A stretch of DNA of 32,850 bases from a virus. Position numbers and translations under genes: made by a program. Shown piece by piece: positions 25,402-32,557 of this stretch. A model generated the notes under the pieces. It worked only from the letters and a program-made list of their open reading frames with translations, did no database searches and was not told where the DNA came from. Location of the stretch: IMG/VR virus record IMGVR_UViG_3300010163_000110, positions 1 through 32,850 of that record; one strand, written 5' to 3'. Position 1 is the first letter of the stretch. Each line of letters opens with the position of its first letter.

Positions 25402-25665
25402 TTAGCGGTTTAAATAGATCGAGACTAATGCCGACAGATCGTGGGCGACCATCATAGGATCGACGTTTCTGCGCTCCACGATGCGATTGCGGCAGAACCG
25501 CACGGCAATCGACATCGCGCAGCGGTAGACGTCGTCGAGGGTCAGCGGGGAACCGACGCCCCCTTGGAGGATTTCGAGAAGTTGGGCCTTTGTCAGGCGG
25601 CTGAATGGTGTAGCGCTGCGGATACTATTTTTCACCGCAACAGCGCTTTCAGAGGATTGTAGCAT
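25402..25665 (-). CDS. Hypothetical protein (87 aa), first gene after a structured leader
   Basis: Track ORF verified codon by codon. No family recognised. Confidence 0.5.
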   Translation of the reverse strand: MLQSSESAVAVKNSIRSATPFSRLTKAQLLEILQGGVGSPLTLDDVYRCAMSIAVRFCRNRIVERRNVDPMMVAHDLSALVSIYLNR

Positions 25666-25809
25666 AGGTCTGAAAGTTTAAAAATGTACAAAAAGAAAGG
25701 ACGGGCCTTTCGTGAATCTGCTACAATCCCATCGCCTTACGGTGATGCCTGAAAGGTCCGCCCTTATAGGGCTAATATGGAACCGTAAGAAGGTGGAATT
25801 GTAGCACTG

Positions 25810-25840
25810 CAAATATAGCTCTTTATTTTCATTTTGCAAA
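25810..25840 (-). promoter_or_regulatory. Bacteroidota sigma-A type promoter (-33 TTTG, 19-nt spacer, -7 TATATTTG)
   Basis: Minus strand reads TTTGcaaaatgaaaataaagagcTATATTTG, which matches the TAnnTTTG consensus with typical spacing. Located just after the methyltransferase stop. Confidence 0.55.
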
Positions 25841-25843
25841 CGA

Positions 25844-26659
25844 TTACTTTAAATTCTTGATGATTTCGCGCTCCCGGTCGGAGAGCTCCCAGATGATTTG
25901 CTTGCGTTGTACCTCTCTTTCTGCTGCTGCCCGGTCTGCCGCTGCCCGGTCTGCCGCTGCCCGGTCCGAAATCAGGTAACCGCCGCCGAAGATCGCCGTA
26001 TCGGTCTGGCTGTCGAGCTTGCGTACGAACTCGCACTCCGATCGGCAAATCCCAAAGTCCACGTGCCGCAGGCTGTATTTCGCGAAGTCTGAAACAGTCA
26101 TAACGTTCGACGGATAGACGTACTTTGGCATCGGGATCGTCTTGCTCTTTTGCGCCTCTTCGATGCGGTCTCTCAAGACGGGCGCCGACATCACGGCAAT
26201 ATCGCCGAATAGGTTCGATACGAAAGAGGTTTTAACTCGAGCTCCGTTTTCGTAGAGTATATCGGAATATGCTACGATCGACGTGCAATGACGCCCAGGC
26301 TGGAAGAGTGTGAGGTATGGAGCGAAGAGAAAGAACCGGACCCCGTGCTGCATGTAGAATCGGACGATGCGTGTAATGATCGAAAAAGGCGGGTTGTCGA
26401 TCACTACCGTGTCGTGCCCGTACTTTTCGGCCTCGAAGTCGCCGCCCGGCTTGAACGGACGCAGCACCTCGAGGCCGTCGATCAGGCAATTTTCGCGCAC
26501 CCACTCGAGCACCGCATCGTAGACGGCCGGCGGCGTGTAGCAATCGTCGGTCGTAAGTTTCGGCTTGAACTTTTCGACGAAGTCAGTGTAATTCGCCGAC
26601 TTCTTTCGCGTCGGTTTTGCGACGTGTGCCGAAACATCGAAGAGGGTCTGTTCCGTCAT
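25844..26659 (-). CDS. DNA N6-adenine methyltransferase (putative)
   Basis: Motif IV-like VIDNPPFS and an upstream DDCYTPP. C-terminal (DRAAA)x3 is encoded by 15-bp repeats. Confidence 0.65.
   Translation of the reverse strand: MTEQTLFDVSAHVAKPTRKKSANYTDFVEKFKPKLTTDDCYTPPAVYDAVLEWVRENCLIDGLEVLRPFKPGGDFEAEKYGHDTVVIDNPPFSIITRIVRFYMQHGVRFFLFAPYLTLFQPGRHCTSIVAYSDILYENGARVKTSFVSNLFGDIAVMSAPVLRDRIEEAQKSKTIPMPKYVYPSNVMTVSDFAKYSLRHVDFGICRSECEFVRKLDSQTDTAIFGGGYLISDRAAADRAAADRAAAEREVQRKQIIWELSDREREIIKNLK
25926..25967. repeat. 15-bp tandem repeat GCTGCCCGGTCTGCC, about 2.8 copies
   Basis: Read directly. In frame within the methyltransferase 3' end. Confidence 0.8.
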
Positions 26660-26862
26660 CTGGATGCTTCAATTTCAATTCCGAACCTCTTCCGAAGCCG
26701 GTCCATGAATTTCGGGTTTTCGGCCTGCTGCTGGGTGATGTAGATCACCGTGCTTCGGTCGACACGGATCGGGATGGTTCGGTCTGCGTTTGTTGTTTTT
26801 GCAGCGTTCAGCACCTCCAAAGCCTTGCGGCGGTTGTGTATAAAGGAAGATTCGAGAGCCAT
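26656..26862 (-). CDS. Hypothetical protein (68 aa)
   Basis: Track ORF. Its stop forms an ATGA overlap with the methyltransferase start. Confidence 0.5.
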   Translation of the reverse strand: MALESSFIHNRRKALEVLNAAKTTNADRTIPIRVDRSTVIYITQQQAENPKFMDRLRKRFGIEIEASR

Positions 26863-26865
26863 AAT

Positions 26866-27252
26866 TTAATCGCTTGGATTGTCGTAGATGTTCCCAACTA
26901 TTTCGACGATAGCACCTGGAGACAATTGTATAGAGACGACCCCGTTAGGTCCTTCTCTATTTGCCATAAAGCACCCGTTACTAAATGTTACGTACCGTAT
27001 TTCCCCATCCTGGTATTTCAACAAGTCTCCTTCGTATATATCGGTCCCGTTTTTATCGTGTAGGCCAGTGAATTGGCCGATAGTTTCAGGGTAAACCAGC
27101 TTGATTGTAAAGTCGCTATCGTGGGACCCAAAGTCCCCGACATGGAATGCGACACCAGTCTGCCCTGTTGTTGAGGCGATTAAATAGCCGATCGCCCATC
27201 GTTTGTTCTCAAGCCGTTTCCCCCTAAATAAAACGGATTCTACCTCTCTCAT
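26866..27252 (-). CDS. YopX-family protein
   Basis: TIGQFTGLHDKNGTDIYEGDLL ... VEIVGNIYDNPS matches the YopX signature. Confidence 0.8.
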   Translation of the reverse strand: MREVESVLFRGKRLENKRWAIGYLIASTTGQTGVAFHVGDFGSHDSDFTIKLVYPETIGQFTGLHDKNGTDIYEGDLLKYQDGEIRYVTFSNGCFMANREGPNGVVSIQLSPGAIVEIVGNIYDNPSD

Positions 27253-27620
27253 TGTCTGTGTCCCAATTTAATTATAAAGCAATCATGATCGGGAGCGCCC
27301 CATTCCGGACGTCCGCGGCCGATTGTGATGCCCTTGCACTCGAACGTCATCCGACGCTTTGTGTAGCCATAGGAGAAACACACGGCGTCGAAGCGTTTAG
27401 CCATCGCTCTCATAGATTTCAACGCATGATGCCTGTCCCGCACACTCCTCAACATAGCGATACAGTCTTCCCATGATTGATAGTCATCGTCAAAGTGACG
27501 TCCGACAAACAATAGGCGTCTCACCCAGTAGTCGGTAATCTCACGGTACTCCTCGGTCTTTTCGCCGTGCTCTATCATCTCGTACCACTCTTTTTTGAGA
27601 GTGAGGTAAAGTGTGTCCAT
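27249..27620 (-). CDS. ASCH-domain-like protein
   Basis: The opening LTLKKEWYEMIEHGEKTEEYRE resembles ASCH/PUA-like domains. 123 aa. Confidence 0.5.
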   Translation of the reverse strand: MDTLYLTLKKEWYEMIEHGEKTEEYREITDYWVRRLLFVGRHFDDDYQSWEDCIAMLRSVRDRHHALKSMRAMAKRFDAVCFSYGYTKRRMTFECKGITIGRGRPEWGAPDHDCFIIKLGHRQ

Positions 27621-28451
27621 TTAAAAAAGTTTTTGTTCCCTTTCTTCCCAATCCATTTGTTTCTCGATTTCCTGCACTGTTTTGCCGTATCTGAATCCGT
27701 AGCTGCATAAGTTCGGCGTGTGGCTCAATTCGACCAGCTCCGCCCATAATTCGGGATGATTGCGTCGCAGACCGATGAATTGGCGCAGATGGCAATTCGG
27801 GCAAAACCAGCATCCGCCGCGCATCCCGGATTCGTAGACAGGCGACAACAGGTCGTGTCGCTTGCACAGTTCTTTCGCCATTTGCTCGGTGTAGCCGTAT
27901 TTCGCCAAAAGCGATATTTTGTTGCCAGAGAGCCGCGCCAGTCGCTTCGGCTCATCCAAAGCGATACCGATATACTGCACAATATTCATTGTAGCACGTA
28001 GTGGCCCGCCCGCGATTTCCGCGAGGTATTTTCGTATAGGCGCGACTTTGCAATCCCGATTGATAAAACATTTTCCGCCGATCGGGAACCCGTAAATCTT
28101 CCCCGCATGACGCCCCCCCCCGACGGCATTTGCGAAAAAATAGCAGTAATCCCGTTCTGAACGTACCACATCGACGTATACGCCCATGTCGCGCAGCTTC
28201 GGGATGGCCGTCCCGTAAATCCAATCGATATGCTCCGGAATCTCGCCGCTAATGCCTCGTGAGTGGTCGAACATCACCTCCGAGAACACTACCCGGTCGA
28301 GAGGTTCGCCGTGTTCGAGGGAAAGGAGTATCGTTGCGATACTATCCTTCCCGAACGAACAAGCGGCTATATAAACCGGTCTCTGGAGCTTATTTTTTCC
28401 TGTTACCATATCGTTATGTAATTCCCTACGATTCGGTCCTTTAATCTTCAT
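27621..28451 (-). CDS. PAPS-reductase-family PP-loop enzyme
   Basis: Start at the internal ATG at 28451 (MKIKG). PP-loop-like SFGKDS. C-terminal Cys cluster GGCWFCPNC. Confidence 0.7.
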   Translation of the reverse strand: MKIKGPNRRELHNDMVTGKNKLQRPVYIAACSFGKDSIATILLSLEHGEPLDRVVFSEVMFDHSRGISGEIPEHIDWIYGTAIPKLRDMGVYVDVVRSERDYCYFFANAVGGGRHAGKIYGFPIGGKCFINRDCKVAPIRKYLAEIAGGPLRATMNIVQYIGIALDEPKRLARLSGNKISLLAKYGYTEQMAKELCKRHDLLSPVYESGMRGGCWFCPNCHLRQFIGLRRNHPELWAELVELSHTPNLCSYGFRYGKTVQEIEKQMDWEEREQKLF

Positions 28452-28500
28452 CGTTGTTTTCGTAAAATCAAAAAAAACACGCTGAAAATTGGCGCATGCG

Positions 28501-29331
28501 TCATTTTTTGAAGAACTCCGCAAAAGTATTAGCACCGAAGTGTCCTTTTGTCAGTTCGATGATCTCGGCGATCGTGTAGGTAGGCTTCTTCTCGCTTTCC
28601 GGGAGGATGTTTTCGACGAAGTTTCGCGTACCGGCAGCGCATGCGCCGGTGATAACGCGATAGGCCTCGATCGCTTCTTGGAAGCTCAACTCGGAATCCG
28701 CCGTTAATCCTTTGTATCGGCTTGTATCTCGGTTCGCGATCTTGTACAATAGATCGCGACGCGCTTCTTGGATCGTGTCACCGTGCGCCCATCGACCGGC
28801 GCCGTCTGTAATGAGCCACGTCTCCTCTTTTCTGCCAATCCTTCGAACCTTGTAAAGATTGCCATGCCTGTTGATTATCTGCTGGAACACTCCGTCGGCT
28901 TTTATAAACGACCGATCGCGCCACCGCCAAAAATAGACAGAAGGGGCCTTCCGGTTTACACGGCTTGTATCGGTGATGCCCGTGCCGCTCAAGTCCAAAG
29001 ACCCGGAGACCGTGAGACCCTCCGGCAGCGAGGTGATGCCCGTGCCGCGCAAATAGAGGGCACCGCCGACCGTGAGACCCTCCGGCAGCGAGGTGATGCC
29101 CGTGCCGCTCAAGTCCAAAGACCCGGAGACCGTGAGACCCTCCGGCAGCGAGGTGATGCCCGTGCCGCTCAAGTCCAAAGACCCGCCGACCGTGAGACCC
29201 TCCGGCAGCGAGGTGATGCCCGTGCCGCGCAAGTCCAAATAGCCGCCATATAAGCCCTCTTCGTTTAAAAGCTGTAGGTCCCCCCACTTTTCAATGAATC
29301 TGCGAATCTTTTCGATGTTCTTCGTTCCCAT
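28501..29331 (-). CDS. Leucine-rich-repeat-like protein: about five 20-aa repeats plus a conserved uncharacterised C-terminal domain
   Basis: L(D/Y)L(S/R)GTGITSLPEGLTV(G/S)G(S/A) is repeated in tandem (LxLxxTxIxxLPxxLxV). The C-terminal AHGDTIQEARRDLLYK ... YRVITGACAAGTRNF region was not recognised as a named family. Confidence 0.65.
   Translation of the reverse strand: MGTKNIEKIRRFIEKWGDLQLLNEEGLYGGYLDLRGTGITSLPEGLTVGGSLDLSGTGITSLPEGLTVSGSLDLSGTGITSLPEGLTVGGALYLRGTGITSLPEGLTVSGSLDLSGTGITDTSRVNRKAPSVYFWRWRDRSFIKADGVFQQIINRHGNLYKVRRIGRKEETWLITDGAGRWAHGDTIQEARRDLLYKIANRDTSRYKGLTADSELSFQEAIEAYRVITGACAAGTRNFVENILPESEKKPTYTIAEIIELTKGHFGANTFAEFFKK
28973..29250. repeat. 60-bp tandem repeat, about 4.6 copies, near-identical
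   Basis: Blocks 28981-29040 and 29101-29160 are identical, and 29161-29220 differs from them by 2 nt. In frame in the LRR gene. Confidence 0.9.
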
Positions 29332-29335
29332 TGTG

Positions 29336-29650
29336 CTATTGTTTTTTGGATTTCATTAAATAGGTTTCGATACTTTTTTTGTCGTATTTCCAAAGCCCGC
29401 CGACCTTCACGCGCTCGATTTCCCCGCGATCGGCGAGGGAGTAGAGTGTCCATCGGGAGGTGCAAAGCATCTCGCTGGCCTCTTTGAGGTCGAGCAGCGC
29501 GCCAGTCTCTTCGGGGGCTTTCGGCTGCGATCGGTAGCGTTCGACGGCCTTTTGGGCTGCAGCCTCTGCCAGGTGGAGGAGGTCGCGTTTGTAGACCAGG
29601 AACCGCGCATCGGGCGGTGCAGATTCGAAGTCTGAAAGTCTGTAGGTCAT
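29336..29650 (-). CDS. Excisionase-family / MerR-like HTH DNA-binding protein
   Basis: LLDLKEASEMLCTSRWTLYSLADRGEIERVKVGGLWKYDKKSIETYL fits the HTH_17 excisionase-type pattern. Confidence 0.55.
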   Translation of the reverse strand: MTYRLSDFESAPPDARFLVYKRDLLHLAEAAAQKAVERYRSQPKAPEETGALLDLKEASEMLCTSRWTLYSLADRGEIERVKVGGLWKYDKKSIETYLMKSKKQ

Positions 29651-30417
29651 TGAGTGTCTCTTTTATTTGCTCCCCGGAGCCCGATCAAAGGCGCCGGGGA
29701 AAGGGCCGCGGGCTTCACAGCAGGCGGCGCCGAATACGTTACTCCTATAAATTGCTTATGACAGCCCCATCCCGGCTTGATACCGGCGGCAAAAAGATGT
29801 GAAAGGCGGGGCCAGCTCCTTGCGCCCGCCGGTCCGGTCAAGGCCCGGCGGACATATAGGTTCGCGCTCGGCGGGTCGCCCCGCGTCATCGCTGCGTAGT
29901 CGGATATTGTTGGCACGTCCAGCGGGGATCCCCGCTGCGCCCCTACTCCCGTCCGTTTCGGTTGTCGGTTTAGACACTTGTCGGAGGCTCGCTCCGAGGT
30001 GTGGTCTCGCATGTAAAGAGCGCGGCGATCGCTTTGTGGTGGGGTTGTTGCCAGCGATCGAAACCCCTCGGCACGGCGGTGCCGGCGTTGCGGCCGTTGT
30101 CGGATTCGAACCGACGGCGCGGCGGGTTGGAAAGCGAGCTCTTCCCGCCGGCCTCCTTTCGGCCTTGTGCGGGGTTGAGAGGCCCCGCGCCTCCGCGGTC
30201 TTTCCCGCGCGTCGATCCTAACACAATCCGTTGCCGTCTTTCCGGCTGCCAGCCTTTGCCCAAGATTCCGCTTAAATTGTGCCCTCCACGGTTTGTGCAT
30301 AAAATGCTGCCTCTCAAAGAATCCTCGGCGCGGTGCTGCCGCATCTTTAGCATCTTGGGCCCCACCCGAACGGCGGCCACCGCTCACGCTCATATAGGAG
30401 GGACACCGCGCCTTTGT
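29651..30417 (-). ncRNA. Candidate large structured non-coding RNA region (strand not established)
   Basis: A 767-nt gap with only Arg/Pro/Gly-rich shadow ORFs. Very GC-rich, with many strong hairpins. End-to-end 9-bp complementarity and a tRNA-like T-arm on the minus strand at 30099-30115. Confidence 0.35.
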
Positions 30418-30669
30418 CTATTTCGATCGGAGCCGGCCTCGGAAGTCGCCGAACGGTGTGTCGATGCCGTACGACTTGAACACTTTGAGCACCGCGTTGT
30501 ATTTGTCGACCTTAAGCTGGACTTTCCCGTTCGCGTAGTGTTCGAGCGCCTGCCGGTTCTTCACCCCGATTGCCTTCTTCAGGGCTTCCGTCGCTTTCGG
30601 CACCTGGTATACGCGAAGCATCGAAAGACCGCGGCGGAAGCGTGTGTCGATCGGTTTTTGCTGTTCCAT
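30418..30669 (-). CDS. Cro-like small regulator (83 aa)
   Basis: Divergent from the XRE repressor gene across a 185-bp AT-rich region. HTH-like TEALKKAIGVKNRQALEHYANGK. Confidence 0.45.
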   Translation of the reverse strand: MEQQKPIDTRFRRGLSMLRVYQVPKATEALKKAIGVKNRQALEHYANGKVQLKVDKYNAVLKVFKSYGIDTPFGDFRGRLRSK

Positions 30670-30854
30670 ACCATTTTAATCGCTATTTATTTGCTTTTTG
30701 TACGTTTTTTATTACCTTGTGTTATATCTCTCATTAACACAATGCAAATGTATAACAAAATGAATTAAAAACCAAATATTTTTACAACGTTTTGATATAA
30801 TTTAATTGTTGTATGTTGTAACAATTTGTAATTCAATAAAATAATTTTGTGCTT
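30670..30854. promoter_or_regulatory. Divergent switch region with promoter boxes and operators
   Basis: Minus-strand -33 TTTG, then a 19-20 nt spacer, then -7 TACATTTG (30745-30752). Plus-strand TAATTTTG (30842-30849) ends 5 nt before the ATG at 30855. Inverted repeat TTGTGTTA-N10-TAACACAA (30717-30742). TTGTAACAA at 30816-30824. Confidence 0.5.
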
Positions 30855-31199
30855 ATGAATAATATCTTAGAAAACATTAAGTCTATTCGCCAATCTTTGG
30901 GGTTTGGGCAGGAATACATGGCCGAGAAGTTGAACATGACGCAGGCCGGTTATGCGTTATGGGAGAAGGGAGCCAGGGAATTGACCTATAACAATCTGAA
31001 TAGAATCGCCGAAATCTTTTCAATGAGTGTCATCGATGTGATTGCCTATCCGAAACATTATGTTGATTCTTCGACCTTTTCGAACCCGAAGGATGACAAA
31101 GTGTCCGTAATATTTGAAGTTAGCAGATCGCAGCGCGATTATTTACTGCGACTTGTTATGGGAGATGATAAAAAAATAATAAATGTCAATGGAGATTAA
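30855..31199 (+). CDS. XRE-family HTH repressor (CI-like)
   Basis: IKSIRQSLGFGQEYMAEKLNMTQAGYALWEKGARELTYNNLNRIAEIF is a classical HTH_3 domain. ATG at 30855 is preferred over the GTG at 30849. Confidence 0.8.
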   Translation: MNNILENIKSIRQSLGFGQEYMAEKLNMTQAGYALWEKGARELTYNNLNRIAEIFSMSVIDVIAYPKHYVDSSTFSNPKDDKVSVIFEVSRSQRDYLLRLVMGDDKKIINVNGD

Positions 31200-31617
31200 A
31201 GAGGTCAAATACAACGAATATTATGAAAAAGAAATAAATAATCTATATACATTCATCGAAAAATGCGAAGATGATTTTGAAAACAAAATAACCTATGTTT
31301 CTGCCGGGGCTTTAGGTTTTGCTATAAACTTTTTAGAAAAGAGTGGTGATAGTTTTTGCACATTTCCACTCAAGTGTTGCATTGCTTTATTCTTTATCTC
31401 TCTATTATCTGGCACTTTAGCCCCTTACATTATTTCAAGAATGGCTATAAAAATAAAGGGACACATACACAAAGCTAAAGATGACGGGGTGCAACAAGAC
31501 TTCACTAAAAATACGAAGACCCTAACGAAATGGTCTAATTTATCTAACAAATTAACTATTTATTGCTTATTTATTGGAGCATTTATATTCTCTATCTATT
31601 TATTTTTTAAATACTAA
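31183..31617 (+). CDS. Unrecognised membrane protein (144 aa, 2-3 TM)
   Basis: Overlaps the repressor stop by 17 nt. Hydrophobic segments CCIALFFISLLSGTLAPYII and LTIYCLFIGAFIFSIYLFF. Confidence 0.6.
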   Translation: MSMEIKEVKYNEYYEKEINNLYTFIEKCEDDFENKITYVSAGALGFAINFLEKSGDSFCTFPLKCCIALFFISLLSGTLAPYIISRMAIKIKGHIHKAKDDGVQQDFTKNTKTLTKWSNLSNKLTIYCLFIGAFIFSIYLFFKY

Positions 31618-31627
31618 TTTTATAAAT

Positions 31628-31771
31628 ATGGATGAATTAAAAAAAGGTTACACAACACCATCTAATCCTTCTACCAAAACATCCGAGGCTTTTGGAAACA
31701 CTAAAATTAGAAGCGATAAATTTACAAGGCATTACGAACCAAGTAGGCCCCCAAAAGAACCAAAAAAATGA
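31628..31771 (+). CDS. Small basic, low-complexity protein (47 aa)
   Basis: ATG at 31628 (MDELKKGY). Its stop forms an ATGA overlap with the next gene. Confidence 0.35.
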   Translation: MDELKKGYTTPSNPSTKTSEAFGNTKIRSDKFTRHYEPSRPPKEPKK

Positions 31772-32223
31772 AAAAAGTTTTAATTACATTGCTTTACTTG
31801 TTTATAACAAGTAGCGCCTATTGTCAGATTCAAGTAGGGAGAGAGAAAACAAAAATAGAGACGATTGGAAACATTCGTAAAGAGACCTATATCTATAAGC
31901 AAAATGGGATGTATTATCTTGATTTGGGGACGAGTAATCAATTCGACCAAGCTATAATTTTCAACTTGGGGACAGGAAAAGAAGCCGCATTAAAATCGTG
32001 TGACGATTTGGCCGCATTATGCGAGACGTTAGATAAGGATGAATTTGTAGAAATAATTGATGCAGAGGGCCAAAATTTTAGTATTACAAAACAAAATGAC
32101 AATAAAAATGGCCTTGCTCTCATTAATTTTTTTGCAAAAGATCAAATACACGCCGGAACTATAGGCCTTTTTAAAATGGATATAAACAAGATAAAAAAGA
32201 AGATTGAACAATATAATAAATGA
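31768..32223 (+). CDS. Unrecognised secreted or lipoprotein-like protein (151 aa)
   Basis: Signal peptide MKKVLITLLYLFITSSAYC. Last gene before terminator 32260-32288. Confidence 0.6.
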   Translation: MKKVLITLLYLFITSSAYCQIQVGREKTKIETIGNIRKETYIYKQNGMYYLDLGTSNQFDQAIIFNLGTGKEAALKSCDDLAALCETLDKDEFVEIIDAEGQNFSITKQNDNKNGLALINFFAKDQIHAGTIGLFKMDINKIKKKIEQYNK

Positions 32224-32259
32224 ACCACTTTTTTTACATATACTCATAACATTATAGGA

Positions 32260-32288
32260 ATAGGCGCCTTCCCCGGCGCCTATCTTTT
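32260..32288 (+). terminator. Rho-independent terminator of the repressor operon
   Basis: ATAGGCGCC-ttcccc-GGCGCCTAT followed by CTTTT. Confidence 0.75.
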
Positions 32289-32493
32289 AGAATAGAATCT
32301 GGTAACAACTGAACTCGACGGGGACTACCTCGTCGCACTCGGGGGCGTTGTCGGGGCGCTGGTTGCCGTATTAGAAGGCGATGATCTTGCCTCCGTTGAG
32401 GTAGATAGCTGCACCTTTCCATGATGTTGACAATGCAAAGGCACAACGATTTTCCGAATCCGCAAATTTTTTTGCACTTTTTTTGCGGAAATA

Positions 32494-32534
32494 GTTCACA
32501 AAAATTGTGAACAATCGAAAAAAAAGCTATCTTT
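32494..32534 (+). promoter_or_regulatory. Palindromic operator GTTCACAA-AAA-TTGTGAAC upstream of the -7 box TATCTTTG
   Basis: Perfect 8-bp arms at 32494-32512. TAnnTTTG match at 32527-32534, about 24 nt before the ATG at 32558. Confidence 0.5.
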
Positions 32535-32557
32535 GCATAACGAAAAAAACGAAATGT

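Noticed and set aside
27035-27042. Plus-strand copy of TATATATC inside the YopX gene as a fifth promoter
   Set aside because: It lies within coding sequence, on the strand with no downstream gene, and lacks the terminator and A-rich leader context. It is probably a chance occurrence but is relevant as a background count for the motif.
28973-29250. Regular 60-bp repeats as a possible CRISPR array
   Set aside because: The repeats are contiguous with no unique spacers. They lie in frame within a long ORF and encode a 20-aa LRR-type unit.
30060-30135. Possible bona fide tRNA or tmRNA around the T-arm GTCGG-TTCGAAT-CCGAC (minus strand)
   Set aside because: I could not build an acceptor stem (only 5 of 7 pairs), a D arm or an anticodon arm. 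There is no CCA or tag-like reading frame. It is kept only as a T-arm-like module of the candidate ncRNA.
29647-30393. 248-aa and other ORFs (29756-29977, 29970-30380, 29799-30221, 30001-30768) in the GC-rich gap
   Set aside because: All are Arg/Gly/Pro-rich with no motif, overlap one another in several frames, and have no coupled start. They were treated as non-coding.
32252-32446. 64-aa minus-strand ORF
   Set aside because: Its translation is Arg-rich, it runs through the repressor-operon terminator hairpin, and it has no coupled context.
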